Of a DNA stretch of 64,000 nt, positions 41,873-52,791 are shown in pieces (within the stretch, counting starts at the first letter, position 1; each line of letters opens with the position of its first letter). Below the pieces are notes generated by a model. The model ran no database searches. It worked only from the letters and a program-made list of their open reading frames with translations, and was not told the origin of the DNA. The stretch is from the NCBI RefSeq assembly GCF_037042905.1, contig NC_087247.1:63187097-63251096 (forward strand), read 5' to 3'. Made by a program: the position numbers and the translations under genes. This stretch comes from Lytechinus pictus (Eukaryota).

Positions 41873-42359
41873 GTAAGTTCACATCTACTCTAGATTGGTC
41901 AAAAATCAAGGATCTCTTAACAGTAATATACGCACGTACCCATCGACCCATATGAGCAAAGGTATTTGTCTGTGGGTGTGGATGTGTGTAAGCATGTGTA
42001 TGTGAGGGTGTGTGTGCGATGTGTATTGATGTAGTTATACATGCAAATGGTAAATATTTGAAATTTATTCAATAAAGGTATATTCCTCGTAAATCACAAT
42101 TAAGATATATTTTTGAACGTTTATCACTCTTTAAACAAATGGGATTCCCCATTGAACTGACGGGGAATTTTTAAATTCCCCGTCAAAGTTTTTTAATGAA
42201 TTGTTAATTGAATCCCAAGTTTATGCTATTACATGGAGTCCTATGAACAAAAGTACAATTAAAGTGATTATACTTTGAACACTCAGTCCTAATATTCTTT
42301 CTGGCTCCCCTCTTTCACCTGTAAGAATATTCGAGGATTGAAAGGGGCAGATTTGGGAA

Positions 42360-42480
42360 GCAGAAGAAAGAGAATAGAAACAGAAAAAAAGAAGAATAAG
42401 TAGTAGAAGAAGAAAAAGGAGGAGAAAAGGAAGAAGACGAAGATTAAAAATAAATTTTATTAAGAAAAGAGGGGGGAAAA
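42360..42480. repeat. GA/GAA-rich purine low-complexity tract in an HDC intron
   Basis: gaagcagaagaaagagaatagaaacagaaaaaaagaagaataag...ggaggagaaaaggaagaagacgaag. Confidence 0.8.
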
Positions 42481-42525
42481 TTCACATGTTTCCATATAAC
42501 TGTACATGAATTGTTTCCTTCATAG

Positions 42526-42592
42526 GTATGCGCCACCTTAGGAACTACTGGGGCTTGTGCATTCGACAATCTTGCTGAATTGGGTGAAATAT
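42526..42592 (+). CDS. HDC: HDC exon: [22 protein letters not shown](C split)
   Basis: Matches [23 protein letters not shown]. Acceptor cttcatag, donor gtgagt. 67 bp, ends in phase 1. Confidence 0.9.
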
Positions 42593-42778
42593 GTGAGTAT
42601 ACGATTATTATTATTATAAACTACTTCTGTTTCTATTTTTTATAACATTTATAGCATAAAAATAAAAAAATAGATGTACAATACCAATATAATTTATGTT
42701 CAAAGATGTAAACCATATATGTGAAAATTTCACTTTCTCACATCACCATCTCCTTTTCCCCACATGAAACCTTACCAG

Positions 42779-42941
42779 GTGAAAGGGACAACTTATGGTT
42801 GCATGTAGACGCGGCCTACGCCGGTACAGCATTCTTGTGTCCGGAATTCCGGGGCCATCTCCACGGGGTAGAAAAGGTTCAGTCATTTGCTTTCAACCCG
42901 AGTAAATGGCTGATGGTTCATTTTGACTGCACTGCTATGTG
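42779..42941 (+). CDS. HDC: HDC exon with the PLP-lysine motif: (C)[53 protein letters not shown](W split)
   Basis: Matches [50 protein letters not shown], which contains the catalytic PLP-binding Lys (NPSKW). Acceptor cttaccag, donor gtgagt. 163 bp (2+159+2). Confidence 0.92.
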
Positions 42942-43104
42942 GTGAGTTTCTGACACCATATCTCCCTTTCATTCTTAATCCTCTTCATTGTTCATGCACG
43001 CATTCCTGTATAATTATCATGTACCATGATTGTCATTCGCTCTTTCCACAAGTTGCAAGCGTAACGTATCGTAATGTGTACATTATTTTTTTTTTTTACT
43101 GCAG

Positions 43105-43195
43105 GATACGAGACAGTAAAACACTGGAGAAGGCATTCTGCGTAAAGCCACTATACCTCCGCCATGATAAGCAGGGATCGGCCGTCGATTTTATG
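43105..43195 (+). CDS. HDC: HDC exon: (W)IRDSKTLEKAFCVKPLYLRHDKQGSAVDFM
   Basis: Matches [30 protein letters not shown]. Acceptor tttactgcag preceded by T12, donor gtaatt. 91 bp (1+90). Confidence 0.88.
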
Positions 43196-43574
43196 GTAAT
43201 TAATGTGTAGTGTAGGCTTGTAGTTTGACGTTCTATAATTATAAATTTGCACTATTTCTTATATGTTACAATGTTTATTAAGTGATACAGTAGTTATGCA
43301 ATTAACTTTATACGAAATACTTTTAATTTCCACATGGACGATTATAAGCATTCTTTCAATTGATTCTTAACTTACATATCAGTATCAGCAATGAGAGTGT
43401 TGTCTTTTAATCTTTGCATTCTATTGCTTGCCTTTTGAGGAAATAATACCCGAAAAAATGACGCGTCATGACTTTTTTTTAATATGAAAGACAATAAAAC
43501 GTTATCGATTTGTAGGTAGGAAATAAACTTTAAGTTTAGATAACTGTATCTTTGTCCATATTCGCAATGTGCAG

Positions 43575-43673
43575 CATTGGCAAATCCCACTGAGTCGACG
43601 CTTCCGCTCCCTGAAGCTCTGGTTTGTTCTACGCTCGTTTGGTGTAAAGAAACTTCAGGAGCATGTCCGTAGG
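43575..43673 (+). CDS. HDC: HDC exon: [33 protein letters not shown]
   Basis: Matches [33 protein letters not shown] almost exactly. Acceptor aatgtgcag, donor gtaagt. 99 bp. Confidence 0.92.
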
Positions 43674-44479
43674 GTAAGTAAATCATATACATCGACTTTT
43701 TCTTATAAATTCATTAAAAATAAAAGTAAGGTTATTGAGTAAGGTAATGGCAGTTTGATCAGCTCAAACTAAATGGATTCTCGACTGCTTGCATTCGAAA
43801 TGCATGCCTCTGCCATTGACAGATCAGAAATATACAAGCGTATACAGCCTACTTTAAAAATTTTCAAATGATTCCCCGTGTCACCTGTAAGCCTTGACTT
43901 CGTGTTCCCTATAATCAGATCATTGACATTCCCGTATGTATACATGAACCAAGTTTGAATTCGGGTCATTAAACAGTTCTTTAGAATGAGATATGTACAG
44001 GTATGTGATGGCATATGACCTTGTGATCTCAAAATCTATTCATATCACTGTCTTTCCAGCAATATGCAAATACTTTATGGACAAAACTAGTTTTAAAGTC
44101 GTTTCCTCAAACGGTGTAATACCGTGAAAATAACTCTTCCAATATTTTATAAAATGACCCCTGTGGTCTTTAATATAGGACCTTCGACCTTAATACCTGT
44201 AAACTACTTAGATTATCTTCACCCCAATTAGAGGCGGCGGAACGTATTTTCGTTGGGGGGCAAAGCCCAAAAGGGCACTTAATGTCAAAATTAGCATTCT
44301 GGTGCAAACTGATTGATATTCTCACCATGAGATTATCATCAGAAGTAGTTGTTTGTTTTTAGTGATTAAGTTGAGCGGGGCCTTTTTGAAGTAATTTCTG
44401 ATTGTAAGATAATATTCAGGCTTTATTGCAAATCTAAAGTTGTGAAACTCGATTTTGGTCAATTATGGCGCTGTTTACT

Positions 44480-45070
44480 GTTAAAAAGGTATCCTTGCGA
44501 GTTGCGAGATGTTGCGAGCGCGAATCGTGAGCTCATACTTTTGACATTTCATGCAATACGACATGAAAATTAAACATTCCGAGCAGTTTTTGTTATCATG
44601 AAGGAGATGTGTATCTAACATTCATGCGAGTGCGAAGTGTGAACTGAATTTTTTAATATACTGACCAGAAAAGGAACCTTTTAAGGAGTGCAGTTAGTGA
44701 CTCATGAATAGGATACATAACGCACTAATCGCATAATGCCAGCGCGAAGCGCGAGATGAAAGTTTTTGATATTCCAACCTGAAAACTGAACATTCTATTT
44801 ATTTTTTGTAACCAACAACAGGATACCTTACTGAACAATAATTGATACGAGCGCAAAATGCGAGCCAAAACTTTGTGATATTCTAATGTGAAAACTGGAC
44901 ATCCTAAGTATTTTTGTAACCAAGAACAGAATGAGTACTTTACTAAAAAATAATAGATGCGAGCGCAAAACGCGAGCCAAAAATTTGTGATATTCCAACC
45001 TGAAAACTGGACATTCAAACCATTTTATTTACCATGAACACAATGATTACCGTGTTAAACAATAATTGAT
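44480..45070 (+). repeat. Second tandem array (~5 units, ~115-125 bp) of the tgcgagcgcgaagcgcgagc-core satellite, inside an HDC intron
   Basis: Cores at ~44505, 44625, 44740, 44845 and 44965, each followed by ..attc(c/t)aacctgaaaactggacattc.., the same unit as 590-1130. ORF 44725-45018 (-) is an artefact. Confidence 0.8.
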
Positions 45071-45264
45071 GTGAGCCTGATTGGTTCTAATCAAGAAGGT
45101 AACTACATAAAAATTACATTACAATCCGCATTTTTAAAAGATACATATAGTTATAATGAACATTCAATTCGTAAAGAGAATATCATGGGAACACTCATGT
45201 TTGGAAGGAATCCATGTCTGCAGTGTTAATATTTCTACGACTATATTTTGTCATAATTATACAG

Positions 45265-45366
45265 GGTGTTCGACTAGGTCGCTACTTTGAGGAACTAGTT
45301 TCAAACGATGCTGCATTCGAAATTCCAGCCGAGAGAAAACTTGGTTTGATTGTCTTTAGACTGAAG
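45265..45366 (+). CDS. HDC: HDC exon: GVRLGRYFEELVSNDAAFEIPAERKLGLIVFRLK
   Basis: Matches [35 protein letters not shown]. Acceptor aattatacag, donor gtaact. 102 bp. Confidence 0.88.
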
Positions 45367-45907
45367 GTAACTTTGTTTATATGCTAATACAGGGCCCTGG
45401 GAATGATTTTTTAATGGGGGGGGGGGGGGCTTGGTTTAAATTTGACAAGCAAAAACATGAAAATGAAATATAAAAATAAAGTGTTTTTACTACAAAATGA
45501 AGATCATTTTGGTTACATTTTGGCTATAAATCATACCTGCCAGATTTCAGGGGAATGCTGACCATGGAGAACAACACAGGCAGCACCACCAGGGTAAATA
45601 TTTGGGACTCTTCAGCACCCCACTTCCCAGTGCCATGTAATAATAAGAAAAAAATACAGGCCAGTTATAAACAACTGGCACTAAATAATATTGCTGCAAC
45701 ATGAGTCCAGAAATTTACAAGTTTGAAGGACTGCATGGAAGTTGATGTAATATGCATAACAATATACACCCAACGTTTAGTTCAAATTGAATAATTAATT
45801 ATCCCAAGAATGAATTCTTCTTTCATACTTAGACCACAATACAAACCTGCTAGTGAAAAAATTATAAGTGTTCATTAAATTATTTGATCCTTATGACTCT
45901 TAAACAG

Positions 45908-46345
45908 GGACCAAATGAACTCACTCAAGAGCTTTTGAGACGCCTCAATTACTCCGGCAAGATCTATGTTGTACCTGCCTCCATTAAGGGTCTTTACGTC
46001 ATCCGATTCACTGTGACGTCAACAGAGACCACTGAAGATGACATTTTGGAGGATTGGCGTCTCATCCAGTCACTTGCACGTGAAATTTTCGTCTCGACAG
46101 ACATCGTGGCCAACGTCCCCACAAGGATGGCATCATGGCCTGGTGCCCTCAATCTTACCGGTGCACCAAGTGCCATCCACGTCCTTAAGAACCGGAAAGA
46201 AAACTATGGTGAAAACAACAACGAAGATAAGAGAGAAGATGAGAATGAAAGCCTTGCAAAGAAAATAGAAGAAATGAATGGGGAAGAAAGGGAGAATGTG
46301 CCACTCATCTACAAACCAGGCAAGCTTGGAGCTGTGCTTGCATGA
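45908..46345 (+). CDS. HDC: HDC 3-prime coding exon: GPNELTQELLRRLNYSGKIYVVPASIKGLYVIRFTVTSTETTEDDILEDWRLIQSLAREIF...ENVPLIYKPGKLGAVLA*
   Basis: Matches [53 protein letters not shown]. Acceptor ctcttaaacag. The open frame runs to TGA at 46343-46345. An internal potential donor G|gtgaaa at 46208/46209 is discussed in the findings. Confidence 0.85.
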   Translation, partial: GPNELTQELLRRLNYSGKIYVVPASIKGLYVIRFTVTSTETTEDDILEDWRLIQSLAREIFVSTDIVANVPTRMASWPGALNLTGAPSAIHVLKNRKENYGENNNEDKREDENESLAKKIEEMNGEERENVPLIYKPGKLGAVLA

Positions 46346-47224
46346 TAGTTGCTGTACACGTGAGATCCCGCCCGCATGGCATTTTCCTTATTTAGTTTGC
46401 CATAGAACCGTTCAATTTTTTTTTATATTCTAGCTTATAATTTATGTTCAGTCAAGTTTTACCATCTCAAAATTAATGTACCGTGGTAAAGAATAGCTAA
46501 TACTCTTACTTTCTACCCTTTAGTTTCCCCTCGCTTTATCTCTGCGTATTTCCATCTGATTATAGTCATACTTTAGCGTGCTGTATTAGCCTATAGTAAT
46601 AATGAAAAAAATATCCTAATCATGAATGTATTCCTCTCCCAAATTGCCATTTGCTTACATATGACTTGCCATTTTTGGACATTAGTCTTATTATGGTATG
46701 TTTTAAGTTAAAGTATTTGTATAGATTTCACTTATGATTTATACATAAAAACAAATGTTGGATATTTAAGGGAGTATAGCTTTTATGCTAACAATTAATT
46801 CTTAATTAAATTGCGTTTACTTTGATACTGTTATTGCTGTTGTGTTTATTATTATGACACCTTTCTTTTTATTTTAATACTTACGGCACCAAGGTACATT
46901 ACATATACTACTATAATCACAAACATTTGAATAGTAATCCAAATGTTCATTTCTAATTCAGAGTCTCTTTGTCTTTAAGAGCCCTCATCTACCACATTGT
47001 ACCCTAAACGTCCTTCGAAATATATTTGGCTTTCAACATTGTTTGAAGACACCGTGTAAAGTTGATTTAATCCTCCACCATTCAATCACTTCTAAATCAT
47101 AATTACATCAAAAATGCTTAAATAAGTATGCACTGGCAAAATACAGATCTTGGGAAACATTTTTTTAAGTTATCATAATAGGTAATTCATTATTTTGTTG
47201 ATTCTTTTTAATCAACGTATACAG

Positions 47225-47871
47225 GACGAGAAAGAAAGACATGTCTTAAAAAGCTGATGAACTACCGTAAAAAGATGGGTCGTCGTGCGATGTCAGAAGA
47301 AGCTGAGGGCTACGGCTATCCTTTCAATGCATTCTACAGCTTCGAGGATACTTCCAGCGGTCTACCCTCGCCATGCGAAGACCTTGATGACCAGGAGTTT
47401 GTTGGAGAGGATGAAGTGTTTGGGAGCAATGGTCATATCGAGAATGGGCACTCCAACGCTGACGTGCTTGAGCAGCTAGGTGGCGATGATGATGATGATG
47501 ACAACGAAACAGCCACACCTATGGACAGTCCCAAGGCAGACGATGATAACGCGAGCTTCCCGCCGACACCGAAGCACGAGGTCGCATCTGACGATGGCAT
47601 TACTCAACTCAATACCACACCAAGTACCAACATCACCAAACTGGATTTCACGGCCAATGGGCAAGCACAACCAATCATCATGGGCACAGAGAAACCTGCT
47701 GATGTTGGGGTCGCCAGCAAGGGTAGGTTTGGTGCTCTCAGCCAGACTAAAGAAAGCACCTACAATGGAGTGGTGAATATTTGCCACTATCGCTCCACCA
47801 AAGGCTCCTCAAACGGCTCCACCGAAAGAAACGAGGAGGAGCAGAATACCGAGTTGTGCGACCAAGAATAA
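47225..47871 (+). CDS. Candidate additional HDC 3-prime-terminal coding exon encoding an acidic/Ser-Thr-rich tail (…MSEEAEGYGYPFNAFYSFEDTSSGLPSPCEDLDDQEFVGEDE…GGDDDDDDNETATPMDSPKADDDNASFPPTPKHE…ELCDQE*). Alternatively it is an unrelated ORF.
   Basis: This is a 215-codon open frame (47212-47871) in AT-rich DNA with exon-like codon composition, on the same strand as HDC. The acceptor cgtatacag (47223-24) leaves 2 bases that complete a Gly codon with the phase-1 donor at 46208/09. AATAAA follows 122 nt after the stop. Confidence 0.45.
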
Positions 47872-47992
47872 TTCCTTGCCGATATAAATTCATATAGTAC
47901 TAGAATCAAGTGTCATGTGTGTTCAATAACTATCGTAATTACTGTTTGAACAAGAAATTAAAATGTATATTAACTTTTCTGTCTATATCATG

Positions 47993-47998
47993 AATAAA
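47993..47998 (+). promoter_or_regulatory. AATAAA polyadenylation signal downstream of the 47225-47871 ORF
   Basis: catgaataaatgtagg. No canonical AATAAA is seen in the ~900 bp following the 46345 stop. Confidence 0.4.
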
Positions 47999-50684
47999 TG
48001 TAGGCGTTCTGATTGTAAATGCAAGGGATCGTTGCTAAGAGGGCATTTATTTTTATTCCCTCTGTGCCCATCACGATCATTCACACTTCCAGATTATGAA
48101 ATCAATTTTTGAATCAAATAGAAAACCGTCTTTTAGAAAGATATTTACGATTCATATCATTGTAGGCCTTCCAGACGTCCTTTATCATAGCGAATAATTT
48201 TCTGCTAGTAATGTGGATGTGTTTTGTCCCTGTAGCATGCTCTATAATTGGTTCATGACATAGGTCCTCTGGTGTATATACAGCAATGATAAAATGTTTG
48301 TATTATTTCGTTACTTATGACAAAACAAAATAAAAGGAACGACACCATTCTAAATCAAGTACAACGTTATCCCACATTAGTATTAGTCATGATAATGGGA
48401 ATTTTTATTTAGGATAAACGAACAATACTCTTCCTTCCATAAACCAATGAACCTCTTCGTTCATAAAGTCAAGTACATATACATTACAATCATTGATAGA
48501 TTTGTTCATTTAAAACCATTGAACTGCTGTATATATAGTTTTGTAACCCATAATATTGAAGCAAGTCCAATCGGATATTATAATAGTGAATACCCTGAGG
48601 GGGAAGTAAGTATGGATCCATCGCATTGTGCAACGCTAAAATGGATATGTGAGATAAAGCCCATTTATTTATAAGTCTACTGTTATTCGCGTTTGTATTT
48701 CAACAAAGTTTGTCCAAAAAAAAATCGACATCTTGTCATTATCAAGAAATAGTATAACATGAATATCGCATTGAGTTTGTATAAATAATATTTGATTGCT
48801 TTAGATGAGAGATCACTAAATCATGACAGTAATTGAAAATGTAATTGACAAGTTGATATTTGTATCGATCGAGGACTTATGAGTTCGTTTTGAATCTTCA
48901 TTGTAACCAATAATGAAATTAAGTGTAAAAAAAATATTTTCCCCTCCAATATAAGAGTAATTTATATAGTTTTTACTTAGTATTTATTTGTCTTACACCC
49001 TACTCAAGCTGTACATGTACGAGGAAGATGTAAAGATTTGAATTTAATTTAATAATGTTTGAATTGTGAATTAAAGCATTGTGTGTAGATCATATTCAAT
49101 TAAAGGAGGTTGTTCTTTAGCCGAAATTTTAGTGTCTAAATGTAGATTATATTTCGTCTCTAAGAAACGTATGGAACATATAATAAAAAACATATTTACT
49201 TCAGACGTTGATTACTCATTGAATTTATTTATTTCTAGACAAAAATGTCAATGGTAAACATCAAAACAGGAGGATGCGCCATGCTTTCTCATGACATCAT
49301 TTAGTCTATCGTCACCCATGCCGTGCATGTAACTGCTTTCAAGCTAAATTTTAAATTGTATTACTTTCTTTTTTCACATCGTATTTTAATATTCCCAGTG
49401 TTATGAGTAATTGATTATTCTCTATATTTCATTTATCGTATTGTGACCTTCATAGTTGGTATATCAATCAATGATAAACAACACATACAAAGCAGAATTA
49501 AGGCCAATCATATATGTATGATTCTTTATTCACATATCGTATTTAAAAATCTGTTTTGCTAGTTAATATATATGACAAAAATAAAATGTAAGCATGATGG
49601 AATACTTGAGATAAGAAGCCGCAATTCAACGCGTTTACGGCTGACGTCATTTTGATGATAATATACAATGTAAAATTACATGTGCACTTAATTTTTGCAT
49701 GTATGGTTCAAGAATGTTTCTGATTTACATTTACAAACGAAAGATCCAAACAGATTGATGATACATAGGCCTACATATAGCTTGCTCGCTACTACTTAAT
49801 AGTTGGGCAACATAAGCGTGTATTAAAGGTATAATGACTTTTAAAAAAATGGTACAGTCCGTTATAAGCACAGTATATACCAAATGAAAAGTGGTTAATG
49901 ATATTTCAGTTAAGGATGTTCTGTCATGATTTCATTTAAATCTCTCTATATATACACTTTAATTCTATAGGTATTTAGTAAATGCAATTAAAATATAATT
50001 CAAATCCCAAAAGAATCAGTCTCAGATGGATTTTATTATGTATTAATTAATGAGTCATCAATTAGTTTTGATAATTAAACATGATGAATTGTGCAATTGG
50101 AAACAGCCACAATTACAAGGTAGTAACGCAACCATTTCTTGTTACACTCATGTACGGAAACTGCTTGCTTGTAGGTGGAGAAAAATGTTAAGTGCAATAA
50201 TAACTGTATTGACAATGAAAAAGAATATTTCATGTAAAATAGATGCTATGAGTAAGGAAGTTCCATTATTCTATTACCCCCCCCCCCATCCCTCAATTAA
50301 GTAGGAGTCATGTCAAGCCTACCGCTGTTAGAAAATTTCCCCTTTAAAATAGAAAAGTTACTGCAGCAGAGTCTCAAGAATACCTGTAATCATACAGTGT
50401 TTAAAAACAAATACAGAAAATTAGTAAATGGAGTATGAAACCTTACAAATTTCATGTAATAAAACTTTCTTTTTAAATAGACTAGTTATGTTAAATTGGG
50501 AAACTTTCCTGTGATAACAATTAACAGAATGATACTGTATTTTTTCTGTAAAATCTTTTTTTCTAACAGTGCACACCACTAAGCAGCACATTACACAAAA
50601 TACTTAGATTACAATCATCAGCATTTCCAAAAGGATATTATGTTAACTACATGAATACAGAAGTGATTAGGCGATACTTCCGTG

Positions 50685-50917
50685 TTAATCCAATTGGATT
50701 GTCTTCTGATTCGAATCAGGAGAATACACTACATTATCAAAACCAGACGCTGGTGTCGGGATCGTGTCTTTTTTCCCTGACGACGTTGCCGATGTTGATG
50801 AGGTCCCAAGTTTTGGGACACTGCGCATGCCCATCATGTAGCCGACAACGAGGAGGATGACAGTGACAACTAGCACACAAGAGATGACGATACCAGCTAT
50901 CGCTCCACCAGAAAGAC
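50685..50917 (-). CDS. Terminal coding exon of a minus-strand gene: transmembrane helix plus cytoplasmic tail (GLSGGAIAGIVISCVLVVTVILLVVGYMMGMRSVPKLGTSSTSATSSGKKDTIPTPASGFDNVVYSPDSNQKTIQLD*)
   Basis: Acceptor tctccaag (minus strand). A ~24-residue hydrophobic segment is followed by a basic/Ser-rich tail and a TAA stop at 50685-50687. It is phase-consistent with the two exons upstream. Confidence 0.6.
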
Positions 50918-51386
50918 CTTGGAGACATATACCAATCGATAAGTGTATTTAATCATCACAGTCTGTAAGACTTATTCATGAATTTCAGAATATCAAGTTA
51001 AAACTTAGATGTCAAACACCCTGCTATATGATCATATTACACCAGCTATTATCATTTAGGTATCTTTAGTCATGAAAGCGTAACCGGAATCTTATCATTC
51101 ATGCTGCTGTCCATCATTAGGAAACTTGTTTTTAACTGGAGAGGGTGACAGCCTTGTCATGTGAGATTGATTGACCTGAGTAATTGGACAATAAAAACAA
51201 CTTTTTAGGAGGACTATTGTCCATAATTTGACAACAATATTTTATTTACCTTGATTTTTTTTATTTTCAAATGATTTTTGTTTACCTTTTCAATTCAGGA
51301 GGTGGCAATGAATGTAATATTCTTTAAATGGCATGGATTTATAGTATTTACTTTATAAAACTAATTGAAGTTGTCGGGATAATTAC

Positions 51387-51422
51387 CTTGGCCCACAGGC
51401 TCTTGACTTGTGCTGTTGTCAT
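51387..51422 (-). CDS. 36-bp stalk micro-exon (YDNSTSQEPVGQ) of the same minus-strand gene
   Basis: Minus strand ttttacag|ATGACAACAGCACAAGTCAAGAGCCTGTGGGCCAAG|gtaatt. The phases (2+33+1) link exactly to the CTLD exon (which ends +1) and the TM exon (which starts +2). Confidence 0.45.
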
Positions 51423-51849
51423 CTGTAAAAGATCAATGATAACATGAGGAAAAGTGTAAATATTGCACAAAAAGAATTGATATTCAGTATAATTTATAAT
51501 GTATCAATAATTTGGACCACAAACAAGTGCACACAACATCGTTATTTACTAATTTGTAAGGTATTTCTAATATATTCAGTGATTTTCGATTTTCGATGTG
51601 CACATACCAATATATGTGTATGCATGAATGACATATCAGTGTATGCATGAATGACATAGGTACGCAATCAACCACTTAATTCAATTCAACCATGATAATA
51701 CCTAATAATTTTGACAAAAATGAATCTTATCAACTTTGCATTAGTATTCCATAAGCTAAGCGAGAAAAACGAATGAATGATGTGAAAATTTTTCAAATAA
51801 TAATTATAAATTTTATCGCACTTTTAAAACCCTTGATAAGAAAACATAC

Positions 51850-52032
51850 ATTTAGGGAATTTGCAAATGAAGGATGATCCAGTGTTGCAGACTTCATCCT
51901 TCCATGTTCCATATTCATTGGTATAAATTTCCACACAATTCTCCTGTGTTCCTCTCCAATCATTAGTAGGCTCTCCGTTATCCCATTGAACATAATCAAC
52001 AGGGCTACCGTCATTCCACTGTGTAAATCCAC
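51850..52032 (-). CDS. C-type lectin domain (C-terminal half) exon: GGFTQWNDGSPVDYVQWDNGEPTNDWRGTQENCVEIYTNEYGTWKDEVCNTGSSFICKFPK
   Basis: Carries the CTLD hallmarks W.DG....Y..W..GEP.N.....E.CV.......G.W.DE.C.....FIC. Acceptor gcacag (minus strand), donor gtatgt. It overlaps ORF 51793-52059 (-) in a different frame. The N-terminal half of the CTLD and the signal-peptide exons were not found; they presumably lie at higher coordinates, beyond the PLE/satellite block. Confidence 0.7.
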
Positions 52033-52295
52033 CTGTGCATCACCAAGAAATAAGATCACAAACGTAATTACATTTATATCAAATTAGTTTTTCATTACAA
52101 TTGCTTTCATACGTAAGGGAAGAGAAACAACCTAATCCAATAACCCAAGGTTTTTTGTTTTTTTTAATTAATGCTATGGTGCACAATTAGAGTAGAGTTT
52201 GTGAAAATTTGTTTAACAAGTTTAAGGGGATATGTATGAAATAACTGGCTATCATTATACATAAATCGTCTTTCTTTAAATGCACTATGTGTGAA

Positions 52296-52791
52296 TCAGG
52301 TATCTTTACTGGGAAGAAAAAGAATTGTGTTATAAAAATATTTAAAATTTGATATTATAAGTTTTACGATGGAAAAACAACTTTGATTGAAACAGAGGAC
52401 AGTTTCACGTCCGATCCGGGACGCTTCTTCAGCTCTTCTGAATTGGCGGGAAATCGTCGTTGCCGATTGGCGCCGAAGCACCGTCGATGTTATTGTCTTG
52501 GAGACGTCGAGGAATTGTTCGGATTACAGGACTGTAAATCCGAGAGAGGTTATGTCGTAATCCTCCTCCTTTGTTGAGAGATGGGTTCTCTGCGTTGACG
52601 TAGACCGCCTCACGGACCCCCCTCTCAAACCACCTAGGTTCTTTGTCTAGGATGAGCACGTCTTTATCTTTGAAGTTGTGTTTAGACGTGTTCAGGTGGG
52701 AGTATACGGCAGAATTGTATCCCGATGCGCCTGGTCTGCGATGTTGATACAAACGCTTCACTGTTAAAAATTGCCGTAATTTTACGGACAA
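52296..52791 (-). mobile_element. Penelope-like element (PLE) fragment: C-terminal GIY-YIG endonuclease domain only
   Basis: Minus-strand ORF 52429-52791 reads ...RLYQHRRPGASGYNSAVYSHLNTSKHNFKDKDVLILDKEPRWFERGVREAVYVNAENPSLNKGGGLRHNLS.IY. This matches the conserved R..EH....SAV..H.....H.....ILD.E..WF.R.V+EAIYI....LN+..G of the PLE GIY-YIG EN domain. The RT portion is absent; the fragment abuts the satellite at 52792. Confidence 0.6.
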
